Shown piece by piece: positions 13,419 through 27,092 of a stretch of DNA of 64,000 bases. Location: NCBI GenBank assembly GCA_964016885.1, contig OZ024743.1, forward strand, positions 124,620,001-124,684,000, written 5' to 3'. This stretch comes from Eledone cirrhosa. Lineage: Eukaryota. The translations under genes and the position numbers were made by a program. Within the stretch, counting starts at the first letter, position 1; every line of letters begins with the position of its first letter. The notes under the pieces are model-generated. The model was not told where the DNA came from, searched no databases, and worked only from the letters and a program-made list of their open reading frames with translations.

Positions 13419-13460
13419 AGCTAACAGTCTGTTTCATGCTGTTTAGCAATCATCAGAGCT
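13419..13460 (-). ncRNA. Type I hammerhead in a diverged relative (13290-13630) of the 310 bp family
   Basis: The minus strand reads AGCT CTGATGA T TGCT-aaac-AGCA T GAAA CAG-a-CTG TT AGCT. Confidence 0.8.
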
Positions 13461-13900
13461 ACGTACTGCCCTCTTCTACCGTAAATTATAGAAGCTGGAT
13501 TCTTATAAAATTCCAGTAATAATCAGGAGCTGATTATACAGAGCGATTGTCGGTTCAGCAAAAATTAAGTATTAGGATTGGTGCTCTGAAATAGCGATCT
13601 ATACATGAATGTATGCATAATATATTTGTCAATATATATGTATGTATGTATGTATGTATCTTCACGCACAGGCATTGCACGATAGAATTAATTAATAATT
13701 ATTAATAATGGTATATCGTGTAATGGCCATACTCGACGATAACGAGGGAGCAGCCATCATATATATATATATATATATATATTTATTTATTTATTAAAAT
13801 AACAGATTAAAGTTTAAGCAAACTACGGTTCTTATATATTTGATATATATTTATCCTTATCGAGCCCTCTTTGGATTTTAGTCTTCAAATTTATTATTAT

Positions 13901-13935
<35 letters not shown>

Positions 13936-13941
<6 letters not shown>

Positions 13942-14842
13942 CAAATAACGAAACGAAATTAAATTTCGTTTCGTTTGTAACTCACTTTTGTATGACTGAC
14001 GCTTAAACAATTAAGTTAAAAATGTACATCCGCATATGTATACTGAAATACTAGTATGCATATGAATACACACACGTATACATATGTAGATGTACCAAGT
14101 CTTTCACTGGTTACTTTACTGTGAGTATCCAGCTATTCTGTATGTAAACACACAGACAAACCGGTTTTTAGCGTCATACTGGTTTTTGAGGAAACACCTT
14201 TCCTCTATTCTCCAGAAAGCCAGACAAGGAATATTGAACTAGTTTCGTTGTTGTTACAACTCATCAGCAATATTTACCTATCTACCGGCCTTTCTGGAGA
14301 ATCGTAAAAGCACATATCGTTATATGCTTTTTCTATGAAAATTAGTAGTGGGCAGACTAATTTGCATAGAGTGTGAGTACGTACCGGTTCAACGGAGACG
14401 ATAAAAACAAATAACGAAACGAAATTAAATTTCGTTTCGTTTGTAACTCACTTTTGTATGACTGACGCTTAAACAATTAAGTTAAAAATGTACATCCGCA
14501 TATGTATACTGAAATACTAGTATGCATATGAATACACACACGTATACATATGTAGATGTACCAAGTCTTTCACTGGTTACTTTACTGTGAGTATCCAGCT
14601 ATTCTGTATGTAAACACACAGGCAAGCCGGTTTTTAGAGTCATACTGGTTTTTGAGGAAACACCTTTCCTCTATTCTCCAGAAAGCCAGACAAGGAATAT
14701 TGAACTAGTTTCGTTGTTGTTACAACTCATCAGCAATATTTACCTATCTACCGGCCTTTCTGGAGAATCGTAAAAGCACATATCGTTATATGCTTTTTCT
14801 ATGAAAATTAGTAGTGGGCAGACTAATTTGCATAGAGTGTGT
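13936..14842 (-). mobile_element. Retrozyme-like tandem dimer (466 bp period) with an HHR in each unit (14231-14273, 14697-14739)
   Basis: Near-identical direct repeat. The minus strand reads ATATTG CTGATGA GTTG-taacaa-CAAC GAAA CTAG TT CAATAT. Confidence 0.9.
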
Positions 14843-15190
14843 ATATATGTGTGTATGTATATATACATATAATCAGAAATGGGAATAAGAAAGCAAGGTA
14901 ATATGGGAACCTATTTACTCCAAATGTGGAAGATCGACAACAGATATTCTAATAAGTAAGGATATCGAAAATAAAGAGAACGACGACTCCTCGGGGACCT
15001 TCTTACAACAAGAGATATCTTCAAGCGACCGCTACATATGATGTTTTTCAAAAGGGAAAAATATCACGTGGTAGGCAATCGGTATGAAGGGTAGTAATAG
15101 ATAGACAGTCGGCAAGTAAGAAAGAGCGCTAGAAATAGCTCACCTTCCAGCCTAGCTTTACTCAATTACAAGGTAGTATAGAAAAATTAT

Positions 15191-15244
<54 letters not shown>

Positions 15245-15348
15245 ATGTCCATCAGTTACCACCAGAGCATTATAGATTCGTATGTGTGTGTGTGTGTGTG
15301 TGCGCGCGGGCGTGCGTGAGTGTGAGTGCGTGCGCGTATGTGTATGTA

Positions 15349-16088
15349 TACGAAAACTGTGGAAGAAGTATCAACTTCATTTTTTTGTTCCAGTGGAGAT
15401 AAAACTGTGCAGAATAGAGCCGCATATATTCATACACATGCACAGTGTTTAGTGAACTCGCTGTATGCGTCAGATAGTGTGTGACGTGCTTTACTCCTTA
15501 CTCGTTTCATATTCATATCACCCGATACTGTCAACAAAGTTCCTCAGTGATAAGACATGGATGCACGGGTAAGACCTGGAAAACAAAGCTCACACATTTC
15601 TGTGGAAGCATTAAAAAAATCAAGGGGATACTGATTGTTTTCACGACTACCTAGGCGTTGTGCATCACGAATACGCACAAGAAGGACAAATAGTTGCATA
15701 GGAATACTATAAGGAAGTCCTTAGACGTCTTCGTGAAGCAATTCTGCGGTAGACCCGGGATTTTTTCTTGGCCCGAAAATCTGGCAGCTGCATCATGATC
15801 ACTACAGAGGATCCAAAGTTTCTTGGAGAAGAAAGCCATTTCCTTAATTCGCCAGGCTCTCTGCATTCCAGACATGGCTCCTTCTGACCTTTTTGTGCGC
15901 CCAGAGAATATTATGCAGATTGCGACGGCGGAGTTGAGAACCGTTCCAGGAGAAACATTCCAGACGCGCTTCGAGCTGTGGAAAGACCACTAGGCGGCTA
16001 AGAGTGTTGAGGAAGGGATTAACAATTCAACTCTACCAAGTAGATATTTTTCCCTACCTAAGATCGGATATTTTTCGACAGACATGTA
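15349..16088 (+). pseudogene. Decayed mariner transposon
   Basis: Piecewise translation: KIKGILIVF / DYLGVVHHEYAQEGQIVA*EYYKEVLRRLREAILR / WQLHHDH / PDMAPSDLF (YSPDLAP motif). Confidence 0.85.
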
Positions 16089-16184
16089 ATTATATATATA
16101 TACGTATATATATATATATACGTATATATATATTATATATATATATATATATATACGTATATATATATACGTATATATATATAC

Positions 16185-16224
<40 letters not shown>

Positions 16225-16225
<1 letters not shown>

Positions 16226-16350
16226 CTAAGGACAGACACTGGTCTGTTGGAGATGCAGGATATGGCTGCGATAATGAGGGACAGAGACCGCTGGAGAGAA
16301 CTCGTCCATGGATCTCGGGAATTTTATCCGCCTTAGATAGATAGATAGAT
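16225..16350 (+). mobile_element. RTE-type LINE 3' end
   Basis: [26 protein letters not shown]...stop, followed by a (TAGA)n tail. Confidence 0.65.
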
Positions 16351-16370
16351 ATATATATATATATATATAG

Positions 16371-17515
16371 TAATAATAATAAAATTGAAGACTAAAATCC
16401 AGAGAGGGCTCGATAAGGAAAATATATATCAAATATATAAGAACCGTAGAGCAAATATTTATTAAAATAACAGATTAAAGTTTAAGCAAAGAATCGCTGC
16501 TTTCACCCTTAACGGGATCTTCTGAAACTAACAAAGTCAATCTGTAAACGCAGAACTGGATATTTCAAAAAACGTTGCAACCGGAGGAAGACAGGAAGAC
16601 GATACTTTGGTTCGTGGTAACGTTCGCTGGCAAAGAACGGGAAAAAACGAATAATACGTCATTAATAGGAGCGGTGAAAAACAATTACGCGCAAAGACAG
16701 AACCACGTTTATGGTATAAAAGAGGTCGTAGACTAGTGTTCTCTTAGGTGGTGCATAGAGACGTTCTCTGGCAATGAACGAAAAAACGAAGATAATAAGT
16801 CATATGTGGAGCGTGGAGAACAATAGCACGCAAAGACAAAACCACGTAAATGGTATAGCAGAAGTTGTAGACTAAAATTCTAACTAGGAGACCAAATGAA
16901 TCTCCGCTACAGAGTTAAGAACAAAGTAAATAAATACAATACAGAAGTAATAGAAACAAATAAATACATACACGCAAACAGATACGTACATACACAAGCA
17001 TACGCAAAACCTTACCATAGGTATACAAAACCACGCACATATAAATATGTGTGTGTGTGTATGCTTGTGTACAAATAAATAAATAATTATATAAACGTAT
17101 ATAAGTAAATAAATACGTATATAACAAGCTCACACACATACCTACAAATAAATACACGAGTGTTCGGAGACGTAAGTCAACTAAAACAAGAAGTACACAT
17201 ATACACACACCCACCATACGTACGAGAGGACATTAGTCTACGACCTCTTTTATACCATAAACGTGGTTCTGTCTTTGCGCGTAATTGTTTTTCACCGCTC
17301 CTATTAATGACGTATTATTCGTTTTTTCCCGTTCTTTGCCAGCGAACGTTTCCACGAACCAAAGTATCGTCTTCCTGTCTTCCTCCGGTTGCAACGTTTT
17401 TTGAAATATCCAGTTCTGCGTTTACAGATTGACTTTGTTAGTTTCAGAAGATCCCGTTAAGGGTGAAAGCAGCGATTCTTTGCTTAAACTTTAATCTGTT
17501 ATTTTAATAAATATA
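16371..17515. mobile_element. Inverted-repeat non-coding element with an HHR-like remnant. Fragments also at 13790-13900, 19845-20040, 27795-27912, 51078-51165 and 62073-62110.
   Basis: 16455-16735 is the reverse complement of 17233-17513. All copies abut (TA)n. Confidence 0.8.
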
Positions 17516-17522
17516 TATATAT

Positions 17523-19775
17523 ATGAAGATAGACATAGAATATTCGAAAATATTCTGTATGTTTATAATAAACATTTTGAAGACCTAATCGCTATAGAAT
17601 AGAATACGTCACGTATTACAATTAGATTCTCGATAAAAGCAAGGGAAGTAATCTACGCGTTTCATTCTTATTAGAAATCTTCAGGATTACATATCCAGTG
17701 CTTTTATCGAGAATGACACAGCTAGAGACTTATAGAATACTTAGCTGTGTACAGGAACTGGTTTGAAAGAGCGGTTGCCGGTCCGGCAGAAATTAGAAAT
17801 TGGATTAAATGCTCTGAAATAGCGATATATATGTGAAGATAGACATAGAATATTCGAAAATATTCTGTATGTTTATAATAAACATTTTGAAGACCTAATC
17901 GCTATAGAATAGAATACGTCACGTATTACAATTAGATTCTCGATAAAAGCAAGGGAAGTAATCTACGCGTTTCATTCTTATTAGAAATCTTCAGGATTAC
18001 ATATCCAGTGCTTTTATCGAGAATGACACAGCTAGAGACTTATAGAATACTTAGCTGTGTACAGGAACTGGTTTGAAAGAGCGGTTGCCGGTCCGGCAGA
18101 AATTAGAAATTGGATTAAATGCTCTGAAATAGCGATATATATGTGAAGATAGACATAGAATATTCGAAAATATTCTGTATGTTTATAATAAACATTTTGA
18201 AGACCTAATCGCTATAGAATAGAATACGTCACGTATTACAATTAGATTCTCGATAAAAGCAAGGGAAGTAATCTACGCGTTTCATTCTTATTAGAAATCT
18301 TCAGGATTACATATCCAGTGCTTTTATCGAGAATGACACAGCTAGAGACTTATAGAATACTTAGCTGTGTACAGTAACTGGTTTGTCCCTTGCTTTTATC
18401 GAGAATCTAATTGTAATACGTGACGTATTCTATTCTATAGCGATTAGGTCTTCAAAATGTTTATTATAAACATACAGAATATTTTCGAATATTCTATGTC
18501 TATCTTCACATATATATCGCTATTTCAGAGCATTTAATCCAATTTCTAATTTCTGCCGGACCGGCAACCGCTCTTTCAAACCAGTTCCTGTACACAGCTA
18601 AGTATTCTATAAGTCTCTAGCTGTGTCATTCTCGATAAAAGCACTGGATATGTAATCCTGAAGATTTCTAATAAGAATGAAACGCGTAGATTACTTCCCT
18701 TGCTTTTATCGAGAATCTAATTGTAATACGTGACGTATTCTATTCTATAGCGATTAGGTCTTCAAAATGTTTATTATAAACATACAGAATATTTTCGAAT
18801 ATTCTATGTCTATCTTCACATATATATCGCTATTTCAGAGCATTTAATCCAATTTCTAATTTCTGCCGGACCGGCAACCGCTCTTTCAAACCAGTTCCTG
18901 TACACAGCTAAGTATTCTATAAGTCTCTAGCTGTGTCATTCTCGATAAAAGCACTGGATATGTAATCCTGAAGATTTCTAATAAGAATGAAACGCGTAGA
19001 TTACTTCCCTTGCTTTTATCGAGAATCTAATTGTAATACGTGACGTATTCTATTCTATAGCGATTAGGTCTTCAAAATGTTTATTATAAACATACAGAAT
19101 ATTTTCGAATATTCTATGTCTATCTTCACATATATATCGCTATTTCAGAGCATTTAATCCAATTTCTAATTTCTGCCGGACCGGCAACCGCTCTTTCAAA
19201 CCAGTTCCTGTACACAGCTAAGTATTCTATAAGTCTCTAGCTGTGTCATTCTCGATAAAAGCACTGGATATGTAATCCTGAAGATTTCTAATAAGAATGA
19301 AACGCGTAGATTACTTCCCTTGCTTTTATCGAGAATCTAATTGTAATACGTGACGTATTCTATTCTATAGCGATTAGGTCTTCAAAATGTTTATTATAAA
19401 CATACAGAATATTTTCGAATATTCTATGTCTATCTTCACATATATATCGCTATTTCAGAGCATTTAATCCAATTTCTAATTTCTGCCGGACCGGCAACCG
19501 CTCTATCAAACCAGTTCCTGTACACAGCTAAGTATTCTATAAGTCTCTAGCTGTGTCATTCTCGATAAAAGCACTGGATATGTAATCCTGAAGATTTCTA
19601 ATAAGAATGAAACGCGTAGATTACTTCCCTTGCTTTTATCGAGAATCTAATTGTAATACGTGACGTATTCTATTCTATAGCGATTAGGTCTTCAAAATGT
19701 TTATTATAAACATACAGAATATTTTCGAATATTCTATGTCTATCTTCACATATATATCGCTATTTCAGAGCATTT

Positions 19776-19783
<8 letters not shown>
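17523..19783. mobile_element. Retrozyme-like 310 bp tandem array with a central inversion and 7 hammerheads
   Basis: Units are near-identical and orientation flips at ~18385. HHR GTAATC CTGAAGA T TTCT-aata-AGAA T GAAA CGCG TA GATTAC lies at 17648, 17958, 18268 (minus) and 18652, 18962, 19272, 19582 (plus). Confidence 0.95.
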
Positions 19784-19847
<64 letters not shown>

Positions 19848-20039
19848 ATAATAATAAATTTGAAGACTAAAATCCAAAGAGGGCTCGATAAGGATAAATA
19901 TATATCAAATATATAAGAACCGGTTGCAACGTTTTTTGAAATATCCAGTTCTGCGTTTACAGATTGACTTTGTTAGTTTCAGAAGATCCCGTTAAGGGTG
20001 AAAGCAGCGATTCTTTGCTTAAACTTTAATCTGTTATTT

Positions 20040-20070
<31 letters not shown>

Positions 20071-20713
20071 GTGAGGTTTTTTTTACAAAATGAAAAATAA
20101 CCGAGGTGTCCTACACGAGTGAAAGTATAAAGAAAAAAAGATGAAATCGAAAATGCAACTGGAGTCTTATTTTTTTTTTAAATATATATATTTATTTGGT
20201 TCCTTTACCGGTTTCGCAGTTCTTTTGCTTTTCAAAAGTAGAGTTGAGATGGAGGGTCTGTGGTTTTTCTCACACACATATATATATATATATATAGTTG
20301 AAAAAAAAAAGGGGAGCGGCTCCATCAAATCAAAACAAGGTTTATAGTGAAAAAATGACGGAGAAAATGCACAGAAATATATTTAAAGATTATGTTTTCT
20401 TTACTCTGACAGAATGAATAATTGTTGCATTAAATATAACCGTTTTCGATTGGTATATATACTAGCAGACGCTAGTGTTAAAATAATCTTATCAAATATT
20501 AGATATTAGATATTAAATATTTAAAGAATGTTTTTTCATTGTATTCTGTGAGCAATTCGAATATATGTGAGTTTTCTGTCAAAATTTCTTATATATATGT
20601 TCTTTACGAAGGTATGGTGGTGGAGGTGGTGTTCCACATGTCAGGATTTACCGACTGGAAACTCCACATCGAGTGTTCACTCGGGTAAATCTACAGTAAC
20701 TACACGTTACATT

Positions 20714-20804
<91 letters not shown>

Positions 20805-20816
20805 TATGTTTGTATA

Positions 20817-21183
20817 TACGAGTGTTGGCTGAAAAGTTCATAGTTTGACTATGCAAGACTGATGTTAAAGCTGTGAGATCTTGCATCCATTAATTTCAAC
20901 CCTTAGGGCGGTGAATTGGCAGTATCGGTAGAGGGTCGGATGCCATGCTTTGGTGCATAGAGTTACGGCCCTCGCCATTCTGAGTTCAAATCCCGCCGAA
21001 GTTAACTTTACCTTTCATCCTTACGGGGTCGATAAAATAAGTACCAGTAATGCACTGGGTAATTGATGGCCTTGTGCCAAAAGTAGAAACAATTAATTTC
21101 AACACTTCTTATTAATAACCTGCATTTAGTCATTCCACGAGAGTATCTTCGTCAGCCTATGAATGTTTCAGCCCATGCTCGTA
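20817..21183. mobile_element. Mariner-type MITE with a nested SINE (20905-21095)
   Basis: TIRs TACGAGTGTTGGCTGAAAAGTTCATAG / CTATGAATGTTTCAGCCCATGCTCGTA with TA ends. Confidence 0.75.
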
Positions 21184-21707
21184 TATATCATTCAGGCATG
21201 CTCAGTTATGATAAATAAATAAAGCAGCACATTTTTGACAAAACAATATTGAAAATTCTGCTTCTTCCAAAATGTCATCTTAAATTCATCAAAATCTGGT
21301 TTCTTTCCAAATGACTATCACATATATCTAAAGAGATGAAATAAAGATTTGAATAACGAAATTGTGATACAAAAACGAGTGATAGGGAGTTACTCCAGTT
21401 AATGAAAGTAAGTGTAAATACATAATCTATATACTACTAAAATTCTGTGATTGCTTGCCTGCTTGCTTGTCTGTAATGTAATACAGCCAAAAGGGTGCAT
21501 AATGGAAAAATACTTTGAAAGGAAGTTGCCCATGAAATGGAATAAAACAAGTTTCGCGTAAATCGAAGCATGGGTTTCCGAGATATGGGGTTTCTGGGTA
21601 CTATCATAAACAGAGAGAGAGAGATGGATAGAGAGAAAGAGATAGTGGTTGTGAGAGAGTAGATTGAAAGAGAGACATAGAGAGGAGAGAAGACAGAGAA
21701 GGAGAAT

Positions 21708-21764
<57 letters not shown>

Positions 21765-21832
21765 GGTGGTAGTGTTGTGTATATATATATGTGTGTGTGT
21801 GTCTATGACCAGTGTATATAGATCACAGACAC

Positions 21833-21876
<44 letters not shown>

Positions 21877-21924
21877 ACATACACATACATATATACATAT
21901 ATATATGTGTATACAAACACACAC

Positions 21925-21981
<57 letters not shown>

Positions 21982-22894
21982 CACATACACATACATATAT
22001 ACATATATATATGTGTATACAAACACACACATTTATATATATATATATATATATATATACATACACACACGTATATATATGGGCCTTCCAGTTTCATTTC
22101 ACATTATATTCATGTCTGTGTATATTTTAATTATTTAAAAATTATTTTTAAGTGAACAGGATTTTAAAAAAATATTTTGAAGTGAACGTGCCCAACGGGT
22201 CGCGGGTAGTATAGTATTACATATGAGAAAAAACATCTTTTTAAAGGTAGCGGCACTCCATCGGTTACGACGATGAGTGTTCCAGTTGATACGATCAACG
22301 GAACAACTGCTCGTGAAATTAACATGCAAGTGGCTGAACATGCCACAAACACGCATATCCGCCATTGTATTTTCAGAAAGTATTGTTAATGGAAATACTT
22401 AGTAAACAGATAAGATTCTGCATGTATTAACGTGGGAGATAGATTTCTTTAAAAGGTTAAATATTCACGAAACACCATGCGAATGAAAAATAAGGCAGAC
22501 GCTAGTGTTAAAATAATTATATATATATATATCAGGGGCGGTGGAAGCATTTCTGAATTGGTGTGTGTATAGGTGGGGGTGGGCGGGGGGGGGGGGGGAT
22601 TTAGGTCAAATTAGTTGTAGTAATTAGTTTAGCTCTTTGCATCCTAAAATGGTCAGAAAACTTCAATATGCGATAAACATAACATGTACATAAATGAAAG
22701 TAGTAGATCTTGTTTATCGGTCATTCAACACAGCGCCTTATATGGGAAAGTTCAACTTACAAATTCATCCATCAAGCCATTGGTAAATAAGTAATTTTCG
22801 ATATAGATAATGAACACAAGCACAAGGATATGGTCCGAACGTGAAAGAGCCGAACTACCACTGTCATCGCCTCATTTTCTCTCGCCCTCCCCAT

Positions 22895-23175
22895 CTCTCT
22901 GTATGGTGAGCAAATGGGGTACCACGTGCTGGCCTCCCCACAGCCCCGGCAGACAGAATGGAGAAGGCGTTTCCCCGGAGGATGGTAAGGAAGATGCGCT
23001 GGAAGAGCCATTCCATCTCGCGAGGCTCACACCTGCGGCTGGCCAGCTCAGCGCCTATGGTGGTGAGTAGGGAGGTAGCTCTAGGGCCAAGGATATCAGA
23101 AGTCTCCACTGCCAAGGGCACGACCGCAAACCTGTCGGAGAGCGACCAGTACTTAGAGAGTTTTCGCTCCTCAGT
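22895..23175 (-). pseudogene. 3' fragment of the CRE-like RLE retrotransposon
   Basis: LAVETS...EWLFQRI...RGNAFSIL, matching the 48249-48500 region. Confidence 0.85.
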
Positions 23176-23767
23176 ATGAACGCCGTGCGTAAGTACGCCG
23201 AACAGCGGTTGTGTTAATTCCGCGGTGACCCCCCACTTGAAATTGTTGGTGGTGACCCCAATAGTAACTCCGAAGCCTTCGACATCCGATATAACAATTC
23301 GGTCTATATCAGATTGAGTAGATTTACGAAGAGGCTATGGTCTCCTGTGGGGAAGGCCCAACATGTTGTGTGGTTGCATGACATGTCTTACTCAAGCATT
23401 GCAGGCTTTACTCTGTACAGTATGCATGCAGGTGCAATAGACATAACTGATGATGTCTGTCCGGATGACTGGGTGCGGATCTATAAAACTCGAAAAGTAC
23501 CTAACCGATTTTCTCCAAATGGAAGAAAAATCATACTCTAAGATTTAGTACGCTTAAAGAGCATCCAGCTGATTTTCTTCAGATTTTGCACATGCATGCA
23601 GATGTTTCATGATTCGGGTCTGCTGGTGTTCTACATTTCCAGTAGATGAACAATCATTCCCTGAGAATAAGGGAATTCAAAAAGTACACAGCTACATTCC
23701 TCAATCTTTGCATATGCATGTTGCTATTTCACGTTTCCTACCCCGTGCAACACCGGAGCCTGCTGCT

Positions 23768-23833
<66 letters not shown>

Positions 23834-23857
23834 GTAATAAACAACATAAGATAATTA

Positions 23858-23917
23858 TTTCATTTACCAGTTGTTTCTTGAAAGCAAACAAATCTGCTTT
23901 CAGTCGTCAGAATGAAA
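23858..23917 (-). ncRNA. Type I hammerhead, same family as 44549-44606
   Basis: TTTCATT CTGACGA C TGAAAGCAGA-tttg-TTTGCTTTCA A GAAA CAACTGG TA AATGAAA. Confidence 0.75.
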
Positions 23918-24023
23918 AAATCCTGGTGTTTTTATTGAATGTGGATTTGAAAACAAAAATATAAGAAATATGAAAGTGAGGCTGAGTGAAGAAGAAAAAA
24001 AGATTATAAATATATAAGTATAT

Positions 24024-24148
<125 letters not shown>

Positions 24149-25038
24149 AAAACAGGGAGAAAGAGACGATTATGAGAAAGAAAATTTTTCCTTTTTTTGT
24201 GTCTCTTTGTCTCTCTTTTTTCTGGGTTAGAAAATAATTAAAACGAAATGTTTTACTTTGTGTGAAGTGTTAAGGTATTAGTTGATTTATTTATTATTTA
24301 ACAATGGCATTTATTTATCTATTTATATATTTAATTATTGTCTATTACCGGTTTCTGCATTTATATGCATTATCAAATGATAGTGAAATGTATTAGTGTG
24401 GTGTCGCACATGTTAAACAGAAGGTGCAGAAAGAATAATGTTATATACAAACAAGGTTTAAGAAGTGAAAAGAAAAAAGAAAAAGGAAAAAAGACCGTGC
24501 ATAATGTGGAACGTAAAAAGTCAATGTGGAAGAAAAGTTAATGTTATTTACAAGCACATATTATAAAGAACGAGGAATCATCTCACATTTATTAACATAT
24601 TACACATGTTTCTCCGTCGATCAGCTCGAGGCAAGATCTGTTACAGATCGAACCCGACTCCTCAGTCGAAGGATCTTCAAATATGTTTTGTGTGTTAAAA
24701 GATCTCAGCTGTTATTTATTTGTAGTACATATTAGCATCCTGCTATTTAGGTCTTTCCATTGGTTCAATAATCCCATCATCATCATATTTCTATCCACTG
24801 TCCACTGCCTGATCAAACTGCCGCATTCATTCATGCGCCACATGCCACCACATATAGTTGTTTGTCAGTTACTACTACTTTACCATCCAGAAAATTGAGG
24901 GTGGAAGGAAGTGATAGGGTGAGACAGGGTGAAGAAGAAGACAAAGAGGAAAAGAAAAGAAAAGAGATACATCTACCTAAGTAAGCTGGGGTTTCCCCTA
25001 ACTTATTCGGCAAGTGGGGGAGGGGTATCAGCCCTTGT

Positions 25039-26090
25039 CTAACCACCCGGGTCGTTATGGAGTTTGAGGGCGAGGTAAGTCATACGCAATCTGTGTTTGC
25101 ATGCGGTTACCAGTTCGTCTTTCTTGTTTAGGAGTTGGTCCTTCGAAAACAGCATTTGTAATGTCTCCTCCGAGCATAAGTTACACGGACGGCGTCCTCC
25201 CGTGTTATCTCTGGACAGTAAGCTCCAAGTGAGATTGTAGGTTATATTATTATCTTGGAGGTCACAGATGTCGCTCGAAAGTCTAGTGGCATGTCGCCGG
25301 ACCGGGTTTCGGAAAGTATGTCGGTGTTGGTAGAGCCGGGTCTTGAAGTCACACGCGGTTAATCCTATATAAGCTTTGTTGGAGGCTTTCGTCCTCACGT
25401 TGAACTGGTAGATCACGTTACGTTCTCGGCATTTGTTGTTGAGGGGTCACGTAGATCTATCTGGTCGGCTCTCCACTGATGTCTAGGTTATTTCTTCCAT
25501 AGGGGTTGAGTTTTTTTGTTGTTTGAGGAGACGATGTTTTGTGCGAAGTTAGGTGTGGTGCTGTAGGAGAGTTTGATGGAGTTTTTGTTGATTATGTTGT
25601 GGTAGCGGTGTTGTAGTGGGAAGTGTTTTTCTAGGAATCTAAAAAAGATTTTCCCGATAGGTGTTGCCACCTCGGCATTATGGGGAGGATTGAACCACGT
25701 TACGTTGCGTGAGCGGCGGTGTCGCCTGCTGCTTCCGCTAAGGGAAGCTGGATAAAAGGATATTTCCTCCCGGAAGCCACTCCGCTTGAGGGCCTGGTTG
25801 TAATGAGGCGCGTGTTCGTCAAATATCTGCTCATTAGCGGACAAACGAGATATGCGGAGGGAGATTTTTTTAACCAGGTTATTGGTGGTGTTTCTAGGAT
25901 GGTTAGAGCGGCGGTGGATGTAGTGCAGATTGTCGTTTGGTTTCCTGTATGGGTAGTACAAATCATTTTCGAGGTTAAGGGTAACGTCCAGGAAATTGAC
26001 TCGGGTTAGGGACGTTTATAGGGTGATTTTAAATCCCCAGTCCCGGAAGAAGTTGATTAGTTGTTTACGGACTCGGTCTGTACTACTGGA
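25039..26090 (-). pseudogene. 5'-truncated PLE (Naiad-like): RT thumb + GIY-YIG
   Basis: YPYRKPND..YIH..SNHP, WFNPP, KLSYS, PLNNKC, IYQ...AYIGLT..FKTR..H, CNLC..E, LLNKKDEL..CKH. Confidence 0.85.
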
Positions 26091-26459
26091 TGAAAGGCAA
26101 AATTGTTCAAGCATATTCTTGTTCCGAAGATATTCCACCAATAACCCTAATAAAGGCAGGTAGACCGGCTGATAACTTACATCATTAAAACTTTTTCTTC
26201 GGGACATTGATTAAAAACTGGTTAAAATTATTCAAACATTTTTTTTTATATATTCAGACAATAAAGAAACTCAGGAAACATTAAAATGAATGAAGGCAAC
26301 AAATAAGTCAAATTAACACGAAAGAAATGGATGTTGGCTGTCTTTATCATTGTTACATATTTGTATTTCCACACTGACCAGATGTTTATTTATATGTAAA
26401 TATAAATATAAATATGTGTGCATGTATGTAGCGATACAGTTGACACTCTCTTTCTATCT

Positions 26460-26577
<118 letters not shown>

Positions 26578-26781
26578 AGGAAGTTTTAGTTCACTTGAAG
26601 CATTGTGTTAGAACAGTGGTTTGACCGCTTTACTTCCCTCCGAAGAAGAGACATTATCTCGAAAATTAAGGACATTTAAATAAATCTAAGGTCAAAGACT
26701 AATTGTCAACAATATCTTTTGTATTTGCATTTTTTTATTCAATGTCCATACCTGCATTGTTTTGGCTTTACAAATTCAAAC

Positions 26782-26829
<48 letters not shown>

Positions 26830-26843
26830 AGAAGAGATATTTA

Positions 26844-26884
<41 letters not shown>

Positions 26885-27035
26885 AGCAAATTATAAACGT
26901 AAACATGTAAGTATGTTTTTGAAACGGTGCGCGAGTTTGAAATTAGAAATTATAAGCTTTCACCGACTAAAGAAATTTCTAGCCTGATAGTGGGGTTTAT
27001 AACTCTCGGAGAAATGGAAAAAGATGAGTGTTGCC

Positions 27036-27092
<57 letters not shown>

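Noticed and set aside
24595-24670. Possible HHR on the minus strand (CTGAGGA GTCG...CGAC GGA GAAA CATGTG TA) downstream of the Naiad-like ORF
   Set aside because: Extra nucleotides before GAAA and no stem I pairing. At most a remnant.
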